In this document: positions 28,366 to 41,927 of the stretch, piece after piece
How the letters are laid out: every line of letters begins with the position of its first letter
Position numbering within the stretch: position 1 is the first letter of the stretch
From: Octopus vulgaris
Taxonomy: Eukaryota
NCBI GenBank assembly: GCA_951406725.2
Contig: OX597821.1
Coordinates: 32,240,001-32,304,000, forward strand
Length of the DNA: 64,000 nucleotides
Direction of reading: 5' to 3'
Notes under the pieces: model-generated
Databases searched by the model: none
What the model was told of the DNA's origin: nothing
Seen by the model: the letters and a program-made list of their open reading frames with translations, nothing else
Position numbers and translations under genes: made by a program

Positions 28366-29783
28366 ATGGACTATGAGTCTCTAACAGACTTGTCCACGAC
28401 GGATGAGGAACTGGAACAGGCAATTGCAGTGAAGCTGATGGAGGAAAAGGCTGGAGTTTTCGAGTCTTTATCAGACTTGTCTACATCTGAGGAGGAGCTA
28501 GAAATAGCAGTGAGGAAAATGGATCAGAAGCTGGGTTATACCTATGCCGGTGTAACCAAGAAGGCGGAAGAGAAAGGGGTCGACATGGCCAAGTTGCCAA
28601 GTTACCAGAAATACATGAAAAAGGAAAGCGGTGAGGTGGAACTATCACCGACACCCAGGAGAAAAGAATGGTATGATAAGAGGACCATTGTTTACAGGGT
28701 GTTCGCAAACGAAAGGAAGAGGGTAGAAGTTGTAACCATGGAATGGATAGAGGAAGCCCTGCGAAGAACTGAGGAGGAAATAAATTTTCTGACTCGAGGA
28801 TCCAAGTACGGGACCGTAGTTGTGCACTTTAAAAGTGAATCTGTAGCGAGGAAGATGGCAGCGAAGGCGGTGAAGTCGGAAAAGGTAACACTGTTACCTA
28901 CGTATTTAAACAGGAGGATTACACGAATAAGGGTGGAGGGAGTGCCACCAAACGTGGAGGCAGAATGGATTGTGGCGGCTGTGATCAGCGGCCACGAGGA
29001 CGAAGTGGATATTCTCCATGCCTCGGTTAAGTCCGAGGGCTGGAGAGGCGTAACAGTGGAGCTGAACGTACAGGCAGAGACCGAGGTACTGGTGGACCTG
29101 ACGGAAAGCATCAGACTGGGAGAAGTGATCATGAGAGTGTGGGTGGAGGGCAGGGCTCCACGTTGTTACAAGTGTGGCCTGAGGGGTCACATAAGAGCCT
29201 TCTGCCCTCCCCCAGGGAAAGAAATGGATCCCGAACCAGAGAGAGAGAAGCAGAAACCAGAGGAGAAGGAAACAGAGGAAGAGAATACACAGAAATGGAA
29301 GGAAGCTGGAAGTAAGAGGAAGAGAAGAATATGTGGAAAAAAAGAAAATAATATGGAACTCCAATCTACCCCAAAACCTCCCACACCCTCTGAGTCCCAC
29401 CCTATCCATGCAGACATTGAACCCACCCGCTCCCCCCCAACAAGAAAACAAAAGAAAAAAAGAATACACACACACAAGAGATTGAAATCGAACCCAGGCC
29501 GTACATTTGTACTATGACTGAACAGAGGGAAGTTAAAAGTCTAATGGAAGAGTATAAATGGTATGATGTTGGAGAGACTAGGTATGCTGTGATTGAAAAG
29601 AAGAACATAGGTGAGTTTATGGGGAGGTGTGAAAGGGAGAATTGGGAGGTGAAAGATATAAGAATGAGCGATGAATTCGTGGAAAATATGAATGAGTATT
29701 TCGGAGTAAGAATGGATATGGAATTTATTCGTATTGGCAAAGAACATTCAAGTGACTATGAAAAACAAAGGACAGGTAAGTGA
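28366..29783 (+). CDS. U2 ORF1/gag-like protein, 383 aa + 89 aa (frameshift at C7/A7 runs)
   Basis: Near-identical to U1; ORFs 28366-29517 and 29514-29783. Confidence 0.8.
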
Positions 29784-30099
29784 TGCTGACGGACGGGGCC
29801 GTTGGTATCGCTTTCATTTTATCATTTTTTTTCGTTTAACAATACATGTTCATAAAGTTTAATTATAATGTTCTATGTCCCCATGTCTTTTGTTGTCCCC
29901 CTCTGTGTCGCCCCTTAGTGGGTAATAAAAAATCATCTCGTTTTTTTGCGCTCTGTAAAATTCGGTAAAAAAGAACAAAAAGCGTTGTTGTTGTTGTGGA
30001 AATTCTGAACGGCGTTGACGCGGTTTCGCGTTTCGCTCGTTCAGCGCGTTACACTTTTTCTGTTTTGGCGGCCGTTTTCGGTCTGTCAGACAGAAGGAA

Positions 30100-31516
30100 A
30101 TGGACTATGAGTCTCTAACAGACTTGTCCACGACAGATGAGGAACTGGAACAGGCAATTGCAATGAAGCTGATGGAAGAAAAGGCTGGAGTTTTCGAGTC
30201 TTTATCAGACTTGCCTACGTCTGAGAAGGAGCTAGAAATGGCAGCAAGGGAATTGGAAGAGAAGCTGGGTTATACCTATGCCGGTGTAACCAAGAAGGCG
30301 GAAGAGAAAGGGGTCGACATGGCCAAGTTGCCAAGTTACCAGAAATACATGAAAAAGGAAAGCGGTGAGGTGGAACTATCACCGACACCCAGGAGAAAAG
30401 AATGGTATGATAAGAGGACCATTGTTTACAGGGTGTTCGCAAACGAAAGGAAGAGGGTAGAAGTTGTAACCATGGAATGGATAGAGGAAGCCCTGCGAAG
30501 AACTGAGGAGGAAATAAATTTTCTGACTCGAGGATCCAAGTACGGGACCGTAGTTGTGCACTTTAAAAGTGAATCTGCAGCGAGGAAGATGGCAGCGAAG
30601 GCGGTGAAGTCGGAAAAGGTAACACTGTTACCTACGTATTTAAACAGGAGGATTACACGAATAAGGGTGGAGGGAGTGCCACCAAACGTGGAGGCAGAAT
30701 GGATTGTGGCGGCTGTGATCAGCGGCCACGAGGACGAAGTGGATATTCTCCATGCCTCGGTTAAGTCCGAGGGCTGGAGAGGCATAACAGTGGAGCTGAA
30801 CGTACAGGCAGAGACCGAGGTACTGGTGGACCTGACGGAAAGCATCAGACTGGGAGACGTGATCATGAGAGTGTGGGTGGAGGGCAGGGCTCCACGTTGT
30901 TACAAGTGTGGCCTGAGGGGTCACATAAGAGCCTTCTGCCCTCCCCCAGGGAAAGAAACGGATTCCGAACCAGAGAGAGAGAAGCAGAAACCAGAGGAGA
31001 AGGAAACAGAGGAAGAGAATACACAGAAATGGAAGGAAGCTGGAAGTAAGAGGAAGAGAAGAATACGTGGAAAAGAAAATAATATGGAACTCCAATCTAC
31101 CCCAAAACCACCCACACCCTCTGAGTCCCACCCTATCCATGCAGACATTGAACCCACCCGCTCCCCCCCCAACAAGAAAACAAAAGAAAAAAAAGAATAC
31201 ACACACACAAGAGATTTAAATCGAACCCAGGCCGTACATTTGTACTATGACTGAACAGAGGGAAGTTAAAAGTCTAATGGAAGAGTATAAATGGTATGAT
31301 GTTGGAGAGACTAGGTATGCTGTGATTGAAAAGAAGAACATAGGTGAGTTTATGGGGAGGTGTGAAAGGGAGAATTGGGAGGTGAAAGATATAAGAATGA
31401 GCGATGAATTCGTGGAAAATATGAATGAGTATTTCGGAGTAAGAATGGATATGGAATTTATTCGTATTGGCAAAGAACATTCAAGTGACTATGAAAAACA
31501 AAGGACAGGTAAGTGA
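30100..31516 (+). CDS. U3 ORF1/gag-like protein (variant B N-terminus), 384 aa + 89 aa
   Basis: ORFs 30100-31254 and 31247-31516; C8/A8 runs; MAARELEEK variant. Confidence 0.8.
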
Positions 31517-31832
31517 TGCTGACGGACGGGGCCGTTGGTATCGCTTTCATTTTATCATTTTTTTTCGTTTAACAATACATGTTCATAAAGTTTAATTATA
31601 ATGTTCTATGTCCCCATGTCTTTTGTTGTCCCCCTCTGTGTCGCCCCTTAGTGGGTAATAAAAAATCATCTCGTTTTTTTGCGCTCTGTAAAATTCGGTA
31701 AAAAAGAACAAAAAGCGTTGTTGTTGTTGTGGAAATTCTGAACGGCGTTGACGCGGTTTCGCGTTTCGCTCGTTCAGCGCGTTACACTTTTTCTGTTTTG
31801 GCGGCCGTTTTCGGTCTGTCAGACAGAAGGAA

Positions 31833-33251
31833 ATGGACTATGAGTCTCTAACAGACTTGTCCACGACGGATGAGGAACTGGAACAGGCAATTGCAGTGAA
31901 GCTGATGGAGGAAAAGGCTGGAGTTTTCGAGTCTTTATCAGACTTGTCTACATCTGAGGAGGAGCTAGAAATAGCAGTGAGGAAAATGGATCAGAAGCTG
32001 GGTTATACCTATGCCGGTGTAACCAAGAAGGCGGAAGAGAAAGGGGTCGACATGGCCAAGTTGCCAAGTTACCAGAAATACATGAAAAAGGAAAGCGGTG
32101 AGGTGGAACTATCACCGACACCCAGGAGAAAAGAATGGTATGATAAGAGGACCATTGTTTACAGGGTGTTCGCAAACGAAAGGAAGAGGGTAGAAGTTGT
32201 AACCATGGAATGGATAGAGGAAGCCCTGCGAAGAACTGAGGAGGAAATAAATTTTCTGACTCGAGGATCCAAGTACGGGACCGTAGTTGTGCACTTTAAA
32301 AGTGAATCTGTAGCGAGGAAGATGGCAGCGAAGGCGGTGAAGTCGGAAAAGGTAACACTGTTACCTACGTATTTAAACAGGAGGATTACACGAATAAGGG
32401 TGGAGGGAGTGCCACCAAACGTGGAGGCAGAATGGATTGTGGCGGCTGTGATCAGCGGCCACGAGGACGAAGTGGATATTCTCCATGCCTCGGTTAAGTC
32501 CGAGGGCTGGAGAGGCGTAACAGTGGAGCTGAACGTACAGGCAGAGACCGAGGTACTGGTGGACCTGACGGAAAGCATCAGACTGGGAGAAGTGATCATG
32601 AGAGTGGGTGGGTGGAGGGCAGGGCTCCACGTTGTTACAAGTGTGGCCTGAGGGGTCACATAAGAGCCTTCTGCCCACCCCCAGGGAAAGAAATGGATCC
32701 CGAACCAGAGAGAGAGAAGCAGAAACCAGAGGAGAAGGAAACAGAGGAAGAGAATACACAGAAATGGAAGGAAGCTGGAAGTAAGAGGAAGAGAAGAATA
32801 TGTGGAAAAAAAGAAAATAATATGGAACTCCAATCTACCCCAAAACCTCCCACACCCTCTGAGTCCCACCCTATCCATGCAGACATTGAACCCACCCGCT
32901 CCCCCCAACAAGAAAACAAAAGAAAAAAAGAATACACACACACAAGAGATTGAAATCGAACCCAGGCCGTACATTTGTACTATGACTGAACAGAGGGAAG
33001 TTAAAAGTCTAATGGAAGAGTATAAATGGTATGATGTTGGAGAGACTAGGTATGCTGTGATTGAAAAGAAGAACATAGGTGAGTTTATGGGGAGGTGTGA
33101 AAGGGAGAATTGGGAGGTGAAAGATATAAGAATGAGCGATGAATTCGTGGAAAATATGAATGAGTATTTCGGAGTAAGAATGGATATGGAATTTATTCGT
33201 ATTGGCAAAGAACATTCAAGTGACTATGAAAAACAAAGGACAGGTAAGTGA
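31833..33251 (+). pseudogene. U4 ORF1/gag-like copy with a 2-bp insertion just before the knuckle and a second frameshift
   Basis: AGAGTGGGTGGGTGGAG versus AGAGTGTGGGTGGAG near 32601; ORF pieces 31833-32651, 32612-32953, 32802-33251. Confidence 0.75.
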
Positions 33252-33552
33252 TGCTGACGGACGGGGCCGTTGGTATCGCTTTCATTTTATCATTTTTTTC
33301 GTTTAACAATTCATGTTCATAAAGTTTAATTATAATGTTCTATGTCCCCATGTCTTTTGTTGTCCCCCTCTGTGTCGCCCCTTAGTGGGTAATAAAAAAT
33401 CAGCTCTGTAAAATTCGGTAAAAAAGAACAAAAAGCGTTGTTGTTGTTGTGGAAATTCTGAACGGCGTTGACGCGGTTTCGCGTTTCGCTCGTTCAGCGC
33501 GTTACACTTTTTCTGTTTTGGCGGCCGTTTTCGGTCTGTCAGACAGAAGGAA

Positions 33553-34970
33553 ATGGACTATGAGTCTCTAACAGACTTGTCCACGACGGATGAGGAACTG
33601 GAACAGGCAATTGCAGTGAAGCTGATGGAGGAAAAGGCTGGAGTTTTCGAGTCTTTATCAGACTTGTCTACATCTGAGGAGGAGCTAGAAATAGCAGTGA
33701 GGAAAATGGATCAGAAGCTGGGTTATACCTATGCCGGTGTAACCAAGAAGGCGGAAGAGAAAGGGGTCGACATGGCCAAGTTGCCAAGTTACCAGAAATA
33801 CATGAAAAAGGAAAGCGGTGAGGTGGAACTATCACCGACACCCAGGAGAAAAGAATGGTATGATAAGAGGACCATTGTTTACAGGGTGTTCGCAAACGAA
33901 AGGAAGAGGGTAGAAGTTGTAACCATGGAATGGATAGAGGAAGCCCTGCGAAGAACTGAGGAGGAAATAAATTTTCTGACTCGAGGATCCAAGTACGGGA
34001 CCGTAGTTGTGCACTTTAAAAGTGAATCTGTAGCGAGGAAGATGGCAGCGAAGGCGGTGAAGTCGGAAAAGGTAACACTGTTACCTACGTATTTAAACAG
34101 GAGGATTACACGAATAAGGGTGGAGGGAGTGCCACCAAACGTGGAGGCAGAATGGATTGTGGCGGCTGTGATCAGCGGCCACGAGGACGAAGTGGATATT
34201 CTCCATGCCTCGGTTAAGTCCGAGGGCTGGAGAGGCGTAACAGTGGAGCTGAACGTACAGGCAGAGACCGAGGTACTGGTGGACCTGACGGAAAGCATCA
34301 GACTGGGAGAAGTGATCATGAGAGTGTGGGTGGAGGGCAGGGCTCCACGTTGTTACAAGTGTGGCCTGAGGGGTCACATAAGAGCCTTCTGCCCTCCCCC
34401 AGGGAAAGAAATGGATCCCGAACCAGAGAGAGAGAAGCAGAAACCAGAGGAGAAGGAAACAGAGGAAGAGAATACACAGAAATGGAAGGAAGCTGGAAGT
34501 AAGAGGAAGAGAAGAATATGTGGAAAAAAAGAAAATAATATGGAACTCCAATCTACCCCAAAACCTCCCACACCCTCTGAGTCCCACCCTATCCATGCAG
34601 ACATTGAACCCACCCGCTCCCCCCCAACAAGAAAACAAAAGAAAAAAAGAATACACACACACAAGAGATTGAAATCGAACCCAGGCCGTACATTTGTACT
34701 ATGACTGAACAGAGGGAAGTTAAAAGTCTAATGGAAGAGTATAAATGGTATGATGTTGGAGAGACTAGGTATGCTGTGATTGAAAAGAAGAACATAGGTG
34801 AGTTTATGGGGAGGTGTGAAAGGGAGAATTGGGAGGTGAAAGATATAAGAATGAGCGATGAATTCGTGGAAAATATGAATGAGTATTTCGGAGTAAGAAT
34901 GGATATGGAATTTATTCGTATTGGCAAAGAACATTCAAGTGACTATGAAAAACAAAGGACAGGTAAGTGA
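33553..34970 (+). CDS. U5 ORF1/gag-like protein, 383 aa + 89 aa
   Basis: Translation matches U2; ORFs 33553-34704 and 34701-34970. Confidence 0.8.
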
Positions 34971-35286
34971 TGCTGACGGACGGGGCCGTTGGTATCGCTT
35001 TCATTTTATCATTTTTTTTCGTTTAACAATACATGTTCATAAAGTTTAATTATAATGTTCTATGTCCCCATGTCTTTTGTTGTCCCCCTCTGTGTCGCCC
35101 CTTAGTGGGTAATAAAAAATCATCTCGTTTTTTTGCGCTCTGTAAAATTCGGTAAAAAAGAACAAAAAGCGTTGTTGTTGTTGTGGAAATTCTGAACGGC
35201 GTTGACGCGGTTTCGCGTTTCGCTCGTTCAGCGCGTTACACTTTTTCTGTTTTGGCGGCCGTTTTCGGTCTGTCAGACAGAAGGAA

Positions 35287-36702
35287 ATGGACTATGAGTC
35301 TCTAACAGACTTGTCCACGACAGATGAGGAACTGGAACAGGCAATTGCAATGAAGCTGATGGAAGAAAAGGCTGGAGTTTTCGAGTCTTTATCAGACTTG
35401 CCTACGTCTGAGAAGGAGCTAGAAATGGCAGCAAGGGAATTGGAAGAGAAGCTGGGTTATACCTATGCCGGTGTAACCAAGAAGGCGGAAGAGAAAGGGG
35501 TCGACATGGCCAAGTTGCCAAGTTACCAGAAATACATGAAAAAGGAAAGCGGTGAGGTGGAACTATCACCGACACCCAGGAGAAAAGAATGGTATGATAA
35601 GAGGACCATTGTTTACAGGGTGTTCGCAAACGAAAGGAAGAGGGTAGAAGTTGTAACCATGGAATGGATACAGGAAGCCCTGCGAAGAACTGAGGAGGAA
35701 ATAAATTTTCTGACTCGAGGATCCAAGTACGGGACCGTAGTTGTGCACTTTAAAAGTGAATCTGCAGCGAGGAAGATGGCAGCGAAGGCGGTGAAGTCGG
35801 AAAAGGTAACACTGTTACCTACGTATTTAAACAGGAGGATTACACGAATAAGGGTGGAGGGAGTGCCACCAAACGTGGAGGCAGAATGGATTGTGGCGGC
35901 TGTGATCAGCGGCCACGAGGACGAAGTGGATATTCTCCATGCCTCGGTTAAGTCCGAGGGCTGGAGAGGCGTAACAGTGGAGCTGAACGTACAGGCAGAG
36001 ACCGAGGTACTGGTGGACCTGACGGAAAGCATCAGACTGGGAGACGTGATCATGAGAGTGTGGGTGGAGGGCAGGGCTCCACGTTGTTACAAGTGTGGCC
36101 TGAGGGGTCACATAAGAGCCTTCTGCCCTCCCCCAGGGAAAGAAACGGATTCCGAACCAGAGAGAGAGAAGCAGAAACCAGAGGAGAAGGAAACAGAGGA
36201 AGAGAATACACAGAAATGGAAGGAAGCTGGAAGTAAGAGGAAGAGAAGAATACGTGGAAAAGAAAATAATATGGAACTCCAATCTACCCCAAAACCACCC
36301 ACACCCTCTGAGTCCCACCCTATCCATGCAGACATTGAACCCACCCGCTCCCCCCCAACAAGAAAACAAAAGAAAAAAAAGAATACACACACACAAGAGA
36401 TTTAAATCGAACCCAGGCCGTACATTTGTACTATGACTGAACAGAGGGAAGTTAAAAGTCTAATGGAAGAGTATAAATGGTATGATGTTGGAGAGACTAG
36501 GTATGCTGTGATTGAAAAGAAGAACATAGGTGAGTTTATGGGGAGGTGTGAAAGGGAGAATTGGGAGGTGAAAGATATAAGAATGAGCGATGAATTCGTG
36601 GAAAATATGAATGAGTATTTCGGAGTAAGAATGGATATGGAATTTATTCGTATTGGCAAAGAACATTCAAGTGACTATGAAAAACAAAGGACAGGTAAGT
36701 GA
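35287..36702 (+). CDS. U6 ORF1/gag-like protein (variant B), in frame across the homopolymers but with a GAA>TAA stop after 372 aa
   Basis: ORF 35287-36405 ends ...NTHTQEI*; downstream 89-aa ORF 36433-36702 is in the same frame. Confidence 0.78.
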
Positions 36703-37018
36703 TGCTGACGGACGGGGCCGTTGGTATCGCTTTCATTTTATCATTTTTTTTCGTTTAACAATACATGTTCATAAAGTTTAATTATAATGTTCTATGTCCC
36801 CATGTCTTTTGTTGTCCCCCTCTGTGTCGCCCCTTAGTGGGTAATAAAAAATCATCTCGTTTTTTTGCGCTCTGTAAAATTCGGTAAAAAAGAACAAAAA
36901 GCGTTGTTGTTGTTGTGGAAATTCTGAACGGCGTTGACGCGGTTTCGCGTTTCGCTCGTTCAGCGCGTTACACTTTTTCTGTTTTGGCGGCCGTTTTCGG
37001 TCTGTCAGACAGAAGGAA

Positions 37019-38435
37019 ATGGATTATGAGTCTCTAACAGACTTGTCCACGACGGATGAGGAACTGGAACAGGCAATTGCAGTGAAGCTGATGGAGGAAA
37101 AGGCTGGAGTTTTCGAGTCTTTATCAGACTTGTCTACATCTGAGGAGGAGCTAGAAATAGCAGTGAGGAAAATGGATCAGAAGCTGGGTTATACCTATGC
37201 CGGTGTAACCAAGAAGGCGGAAGAGAAAGGGGTCGACATGGCCAAGTTGCCAAGTTACCAGAAATACATGAAAAAGGAAAGCGGTGAGGTGGAACTATCA
37301 CCGACACCCAGGAGAAAAGAATGGTATGATAAGAGGACCATTGTTTACAGGGTGTTCGCAAACGAAAGGAAGAGGGTAGAAGTTGTAACCATGGAATGGA
37401 TAGAGGAAGCCCTGCGAAGAACTGAGGAGGAAATAAATTTTCTGACTCGAGGATCCAAGTACGGGACCGTAGTTGTGCACTTTAAAAGTGAATCTGTAGC
37501 GAGGAAGATGGCAGCGAAGGCGGTGAAGTCGGAAAAGGTAACACTGTTACCTACGTATTTAAACAGGAGGATTACACGAATAAGGGTGGAGGGAGTGCCA
37601 CCAAACGTGAAGGCAGAATGGATTGTGGCGGCTGTGATCAGCGGCCACGAGGACGAAGTGGATATTCTCCATGCCTCGGTTAAGTCCGAGGGCTGGAGAG
37701 GCGTAACAGTGGAGCTGAACGTACAGGCAGAGACCGAGGTACTGGTGGACCTGACGGAAAGCATCAGACTGGGAGAAGTGATCATGAGAGTGTGGGTGGA
37801 GGGCAGGGCTCCACGTTGTTACAAGTGTGGCCTGAGGGGTCACATAAGAGCCTTCTGCCCTCCCCCAGGGAAAGAAATGGATCCCGAACCAGAGAGAGAG
37901 AAGCAGAAACCAGAGGAGAAGGAAACAGAGGAAGAGAATACACAGAAATGGAAGGAAGCTGGAAGTAAGAGGAAGAGAAGAATATGTGGAAAAAAAGAAA
38001 ATAATATGGAACTCCAATCTACCCCAAAACCTCCCACACCCTCTGAGTCCCACCCTATCCATGCAGACATTGAACCCACCCGCTCCCCCCAACAAGAAAA
38101 CAAAAGAAAAAAAGAATACACACACACAAGAGATTGAAATCGAACCCAGGCCGTACATTTGTACTATGACTGAACAGAGGGAAGTTAAAAGTCTAATGGA
38201 AGAGTATAAATGGTATGATGTTGGAGAGACTAGGTATGCTGTGATTGAAAAGAAGAACATAGGTGAGTTTATGGGGAGGTGTGAAAGGGAGAATTGGGAG
38301 GTGAAAGATATAAGAATGAGCGATGAATTCGTGGAAAATATGAATGAGTATTTCGGAGTAAGAATGGATATGGAATTTATTCGTATTGGCAAAGAACATT
38401 CAAGTGACTATGAAAAACAAAGGACAGGTAAGTGA
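37019..38435 (+). CDS. U7 ORF1/gag-like protein, 372 aa plus frameshifted C-terminal part
   Basis: ORFs 37019-38137 and 37986-38435; C6/A7 runs. Confidence 0.78.
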
Positions 38436-38750
38436 TGCTGACGGACGGGGCCGTTGGTATCGCTTTCATTTTATCATTTTTTTCGTTTAACAATTCATGT
38501 TCATAAAGTTTAATTATAATGTTCTATGTCCCCATGTCTTTTGTTGTCCCCCTCTGTGTCGCCCCTTAGTGGGTAATAAAAAATCATCTCGTTTTTTTGC
38601 GCTCTGTAAAATTCGGTAAAAAAGAACAAAAAGCGTTGTTGTTGTTGTGGAAATTCTGAACGGCGTTGACGCGGTTTCGCGTTTCGCTCGTTCAGCGCGT
38701 TACACTTTTTCTGTTTTGGCGGCCGTTTTCGGTCTGTCAGACAGAAGGAA

Positions 38751-40169
38751 ATGGACTATGAGTCTCTAACAGACTTGTCCACGACAGATGAGGAACTGGA
38801 ACAGGCAATTGCAATGAAGCTGATGGAAGAAAAGGCTGGAGTTTTCGAGTCTTTATCAGACTTGCCTACGTCTGAGAAGGAGCTAGAAATGGCAGCAAGG
38901 GAATTGGAAGAGAAGCTGGGTTATACCTATGCCGGTGTAACCAAGAAGGCGGAAGAGAAAGGGGTCGAAATGGCCATGTTGCCAAGTTACCAGAAATACA
39001 TGAAAGGGGAAAGCGGTGAGGTGGAACTATCACCGACACCCAGGAGAAAAGAATGGTATGATAAGAGGACCATTGTTTACAGGGTGTGCGCAAACGAAAG
39101 GAAGAGGGTAGAAGTTGTATCCATGGAATGGATAGAGGAGGCCCTGCGAAGAACTGAGGAGGAAATAAATTTTCTGACTCGAGGATTCAAGTACGGGACC
39201 GTAGTTGTGCACTTTAAAAGTGAATCTGCAGCGAGGAAGATGGCAGCGAAGGCGGTGAAGTCGGAAAAGGTAACACTGTTACCTACGTATTTAAACAGGA
39301 GGATTACACGAATAAGGGTGGAGGGAGTGCCACCAAACGTGGAGGCAGAATGGATTGTGGCGGCTGTGATCAGCGGCCACGAGGACGAAGTGGATATTCT
39401 CCATGCCTCGGTTAAGTCCGAGGGCTGGAGAGGCGTAACAGTGGAGCTGAACGTACAGGCAGAGACCGAGGTACCGGTGGACCTGACGGAAAGCATCAGA
39501 CTGGGAGAAGTGATCATGAGAGTGTGGGTGGAGGGCAGGGCTCCACGTTGTTACAAGTGTGGCCTGAGGGGTCACATAAGAGCCTTCTTCCCTCCCCCAG
39601 GGAAAGAAATGGATCCCGAACCAGAGAGAGAGAAGCAGAAACCAGAGGAGAAGGAAACAGAGGAAGAGAATACACAGAAATGGAAGGAAGCTGGAAGTAA
39701 GAGGAAGAGAAGAATATGTGGAAAAAAAGAAAATAATATGGAACTCCAATCTACCCCAAAACCTCCCACACCCTCTGAGTCCCACCCTATCCATGCAGAC
39801 ATTGAACCCACACGCTCCCCCCCAACAAGAAAACAAAAGAAAAAAAAGAATACACACACACAAGAGATTGAAATCGAACCCAGGCCGTACATTTGTACTA
39901 TGACTGAACAGAGGGAAGTTAAAAGTCTAATGGAAGAGTATAAACGGTATGATGTTGGAGAGACTAGGTATGCTGTGATTGAAAAAAAGAACATAGGTGA
40001 GTTTATGGGGAGGTGTGAAAGGGAGAATTGGGAGGTGAAAGATATAAGAATGAGCGATGAATTCGTGGAAAATATGAATGAGTATTTCGGAGTAAGAATG
40101 GATATGGAATTTATTCGTATTGGCAAAGAACATTCAAGTGACTATGAAAAACAAAGGACAGGTAAGTGA
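38751..40169 (+). CDS. U8 uninterrupted 472-aa ORF1/gag-like protein (last knuckle Cys replaced by Phe)
   Basis: Single ORF joining the N-terminal part and the 89-aa C-terminal domain; knuckle reads CYKCGLRGHIRAFF. Confidence 0.85.
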   Translation: MDYESLTDLSTTDEELEQAIAMKLMEEKAGVFESLSDLPTSEKELEMAARELEEKLGYTYAGVTKKAEEKGVEMAMLPSYQKYMKGESGEVELSPTPRRKEWYDKRTIVYRVCANERKRVEVVSMEWIEEALRRTEEEINFLTRGFKYGTVVVHFKSESAARKMAAKAVKSEKVTLLPTYLNRRITRIRVEGVPPNVEAEWIVAAVISGHEDEVDILHASVKSEGWRGVTVELNVQAETEVPVDLTESIRLGEVIMRVWVEGRAPRCYKCGLRGHIRAFFPPPGKEMDPEPEREKQKPEEKETEEENTQKWKEAGSKRKRRICGKKENNMELQSTPKPPTPSESHPIHADIEPTRSPPTRKQKKKKNTHTQEIEIEPRPYICTMTEQREVKSLMEEYKRYDVGETRYAVIEKKNIGEFMGRCERENWEVKDIRMSDEFVENMNEYFGVRMDMEFIRIGKEHSSDYEKQRTGK

Positions 40170-40509
40170 TGCTGACGGACGGGGCCGTTGGTATCGCTTT
40201 CATTTTATCATTTTTTTCGTTTAACACTTCATGTTCATATAGTTTAATTATAATGTTCTATGTCCCCATGTTTTGTTATGTCCGCCGTTCTTCGTAGCCC
40301 CTTAGTGGGTAATAAAGAAATACGGTTTTTTTTCGGCTCCGTGTTTTTTTTTTTTTTCGGCTCCTGAAAATTCGGTAAAAAAGAACAAAAAGCGTTGTTG
40401 TTGTTGTGGAAATTCTGAACGGCGTTGACGCGGTTTCGCGTTTCGCTCGTTCAGCGCGTTACACTTTTTCTGTTTTGGCGGCCGTTTTCGGTCTGTCAGA
40501 CAGAAGGAA

Positions 40510-41927
40510 ATGGACTATGAGTCTTTAACAGACTTGTCCACGACAGATGAGGAACTGGAACAGGCAATTGCAATGAAGCTGATGGAAGAAAAGGCTGGAG
40601 TTTTCGAGTCTTTATCAGACTTGCCTACGTCTGAGAAGGAGCTAGAAACGGCAGCAAGGGAATTGGAAGAGAAGCTGGGTTATACCTATGCCGGTGTAAC
40701 CAAGAAGGCGGAAGAGAAAGGGGTCGACATGGCCAAGTTGCCAAGTTACCAGAAATACATGAAAAAGGAAAGCGGTGAGGTGGAACTATCACCGACACCC
40801 AGGAGAAAAGAATGGTATGATAAGAGGACCATTGTTTACAGGGTGTGCGCAAACGAAAGGAAGAGGGTAGAAGTTGTATCCATGGAATGGATAGAGGAAG
40901 CCCTGCGAAGAACTGAGGAGGAAATAAATTTTCTGACTCGAGGATCCAAGTACGGGACCGTAGTTGTGCACTTTAAAAGTGAATCTGCAGCGAGGAAGAT
41001 GGCAGCGAAGGCGGTGAAGTCGGAAAAGGTAACACTGTTACCTACGTATTTAAACAGGAGGATTACACGAATAAGGGTGGAGGGAGTGCCACCAAACGTG
41101 GAGGCAGAATGGATTGTGGCGGCTGTGATCAGCGGCCACGAGGACGAAGTGGATATTCTCCATGCCTCGGTTAAGTCCGAGGGCTGGAGAGGCGTAACAG
41201 TGGAGCTGAACGTACAGGCAGAGACCGAGGTACTGGTGGACCTGACGGAAAGCATCAGACTGGGAGAAGTGATCATGAGAGTGTGGGTGGAGGGCAGGGC
41301 TCCACGTTGTTACAAGTGTGGCCTGAGGGGTCACATAAGAGCCTTCTGCCCTCCCCCAGGGAAAGAAATGGATCCCGAACCAGAGAGAGAGAAGCAGAAA
41401 CCAGAGGAGAAGGAAACAGAGGAAGAGAATACACAGAAATGGAAGGAAGCTGGAAGTAAGAGGAAGAGAAGAATATGTGGAAAAAAAGAAAATAATATGG
41501 AACTCCAATCTACCCCAAAACCTCCCACACCCTCTGAGTCCCACCCTATCCATGCAGACATTGAACCCACCCGCTCCCCCCCAACAAGAAAACAAAAGAA
41601 AAAAAGAATACACACACACAAGAGATTGAAATCGAACCCAGGCCGTACATTTGTACTATGACTGAACAGAGGGAAGTTAAAAGTCTAATGGAAGAGTATA
41701 AACGGTATGATGTTGGAGAGACTAGGTATGCTGTGATTGAAAAAAAGAACATAGGTGAGTTTAAGGGGAGGTGTGAAAGGGAGAATTGGGAGGTGAAAGA
41801 TATAAGAATGAGCGATGAATTCGTGGAAAATATGAATGAGTATTTCGGAGTAAGAATGGATATGGAATTTATTCGTATTGGCAAAGAACATTCAAGTGAC
41901 TATGAAAAACAAAGGACAGGTAAGTGA
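40510..41927 (+). CDS. U9 ORF1/gag-like protein, 383 aa + 89 aa
   Basis: ORFs 40510-41661 and 41658-41927. Confidence 0.8.

Noticed and set aside
28055-28366. In-frame splicing from the CAG|GTAAGT donor to the next unit to make a polyprotein
   Set aside because: The three candidate AGs lie 10, 6 and 3 nt before the ATG; none keeps frame with a phase-1 donor.
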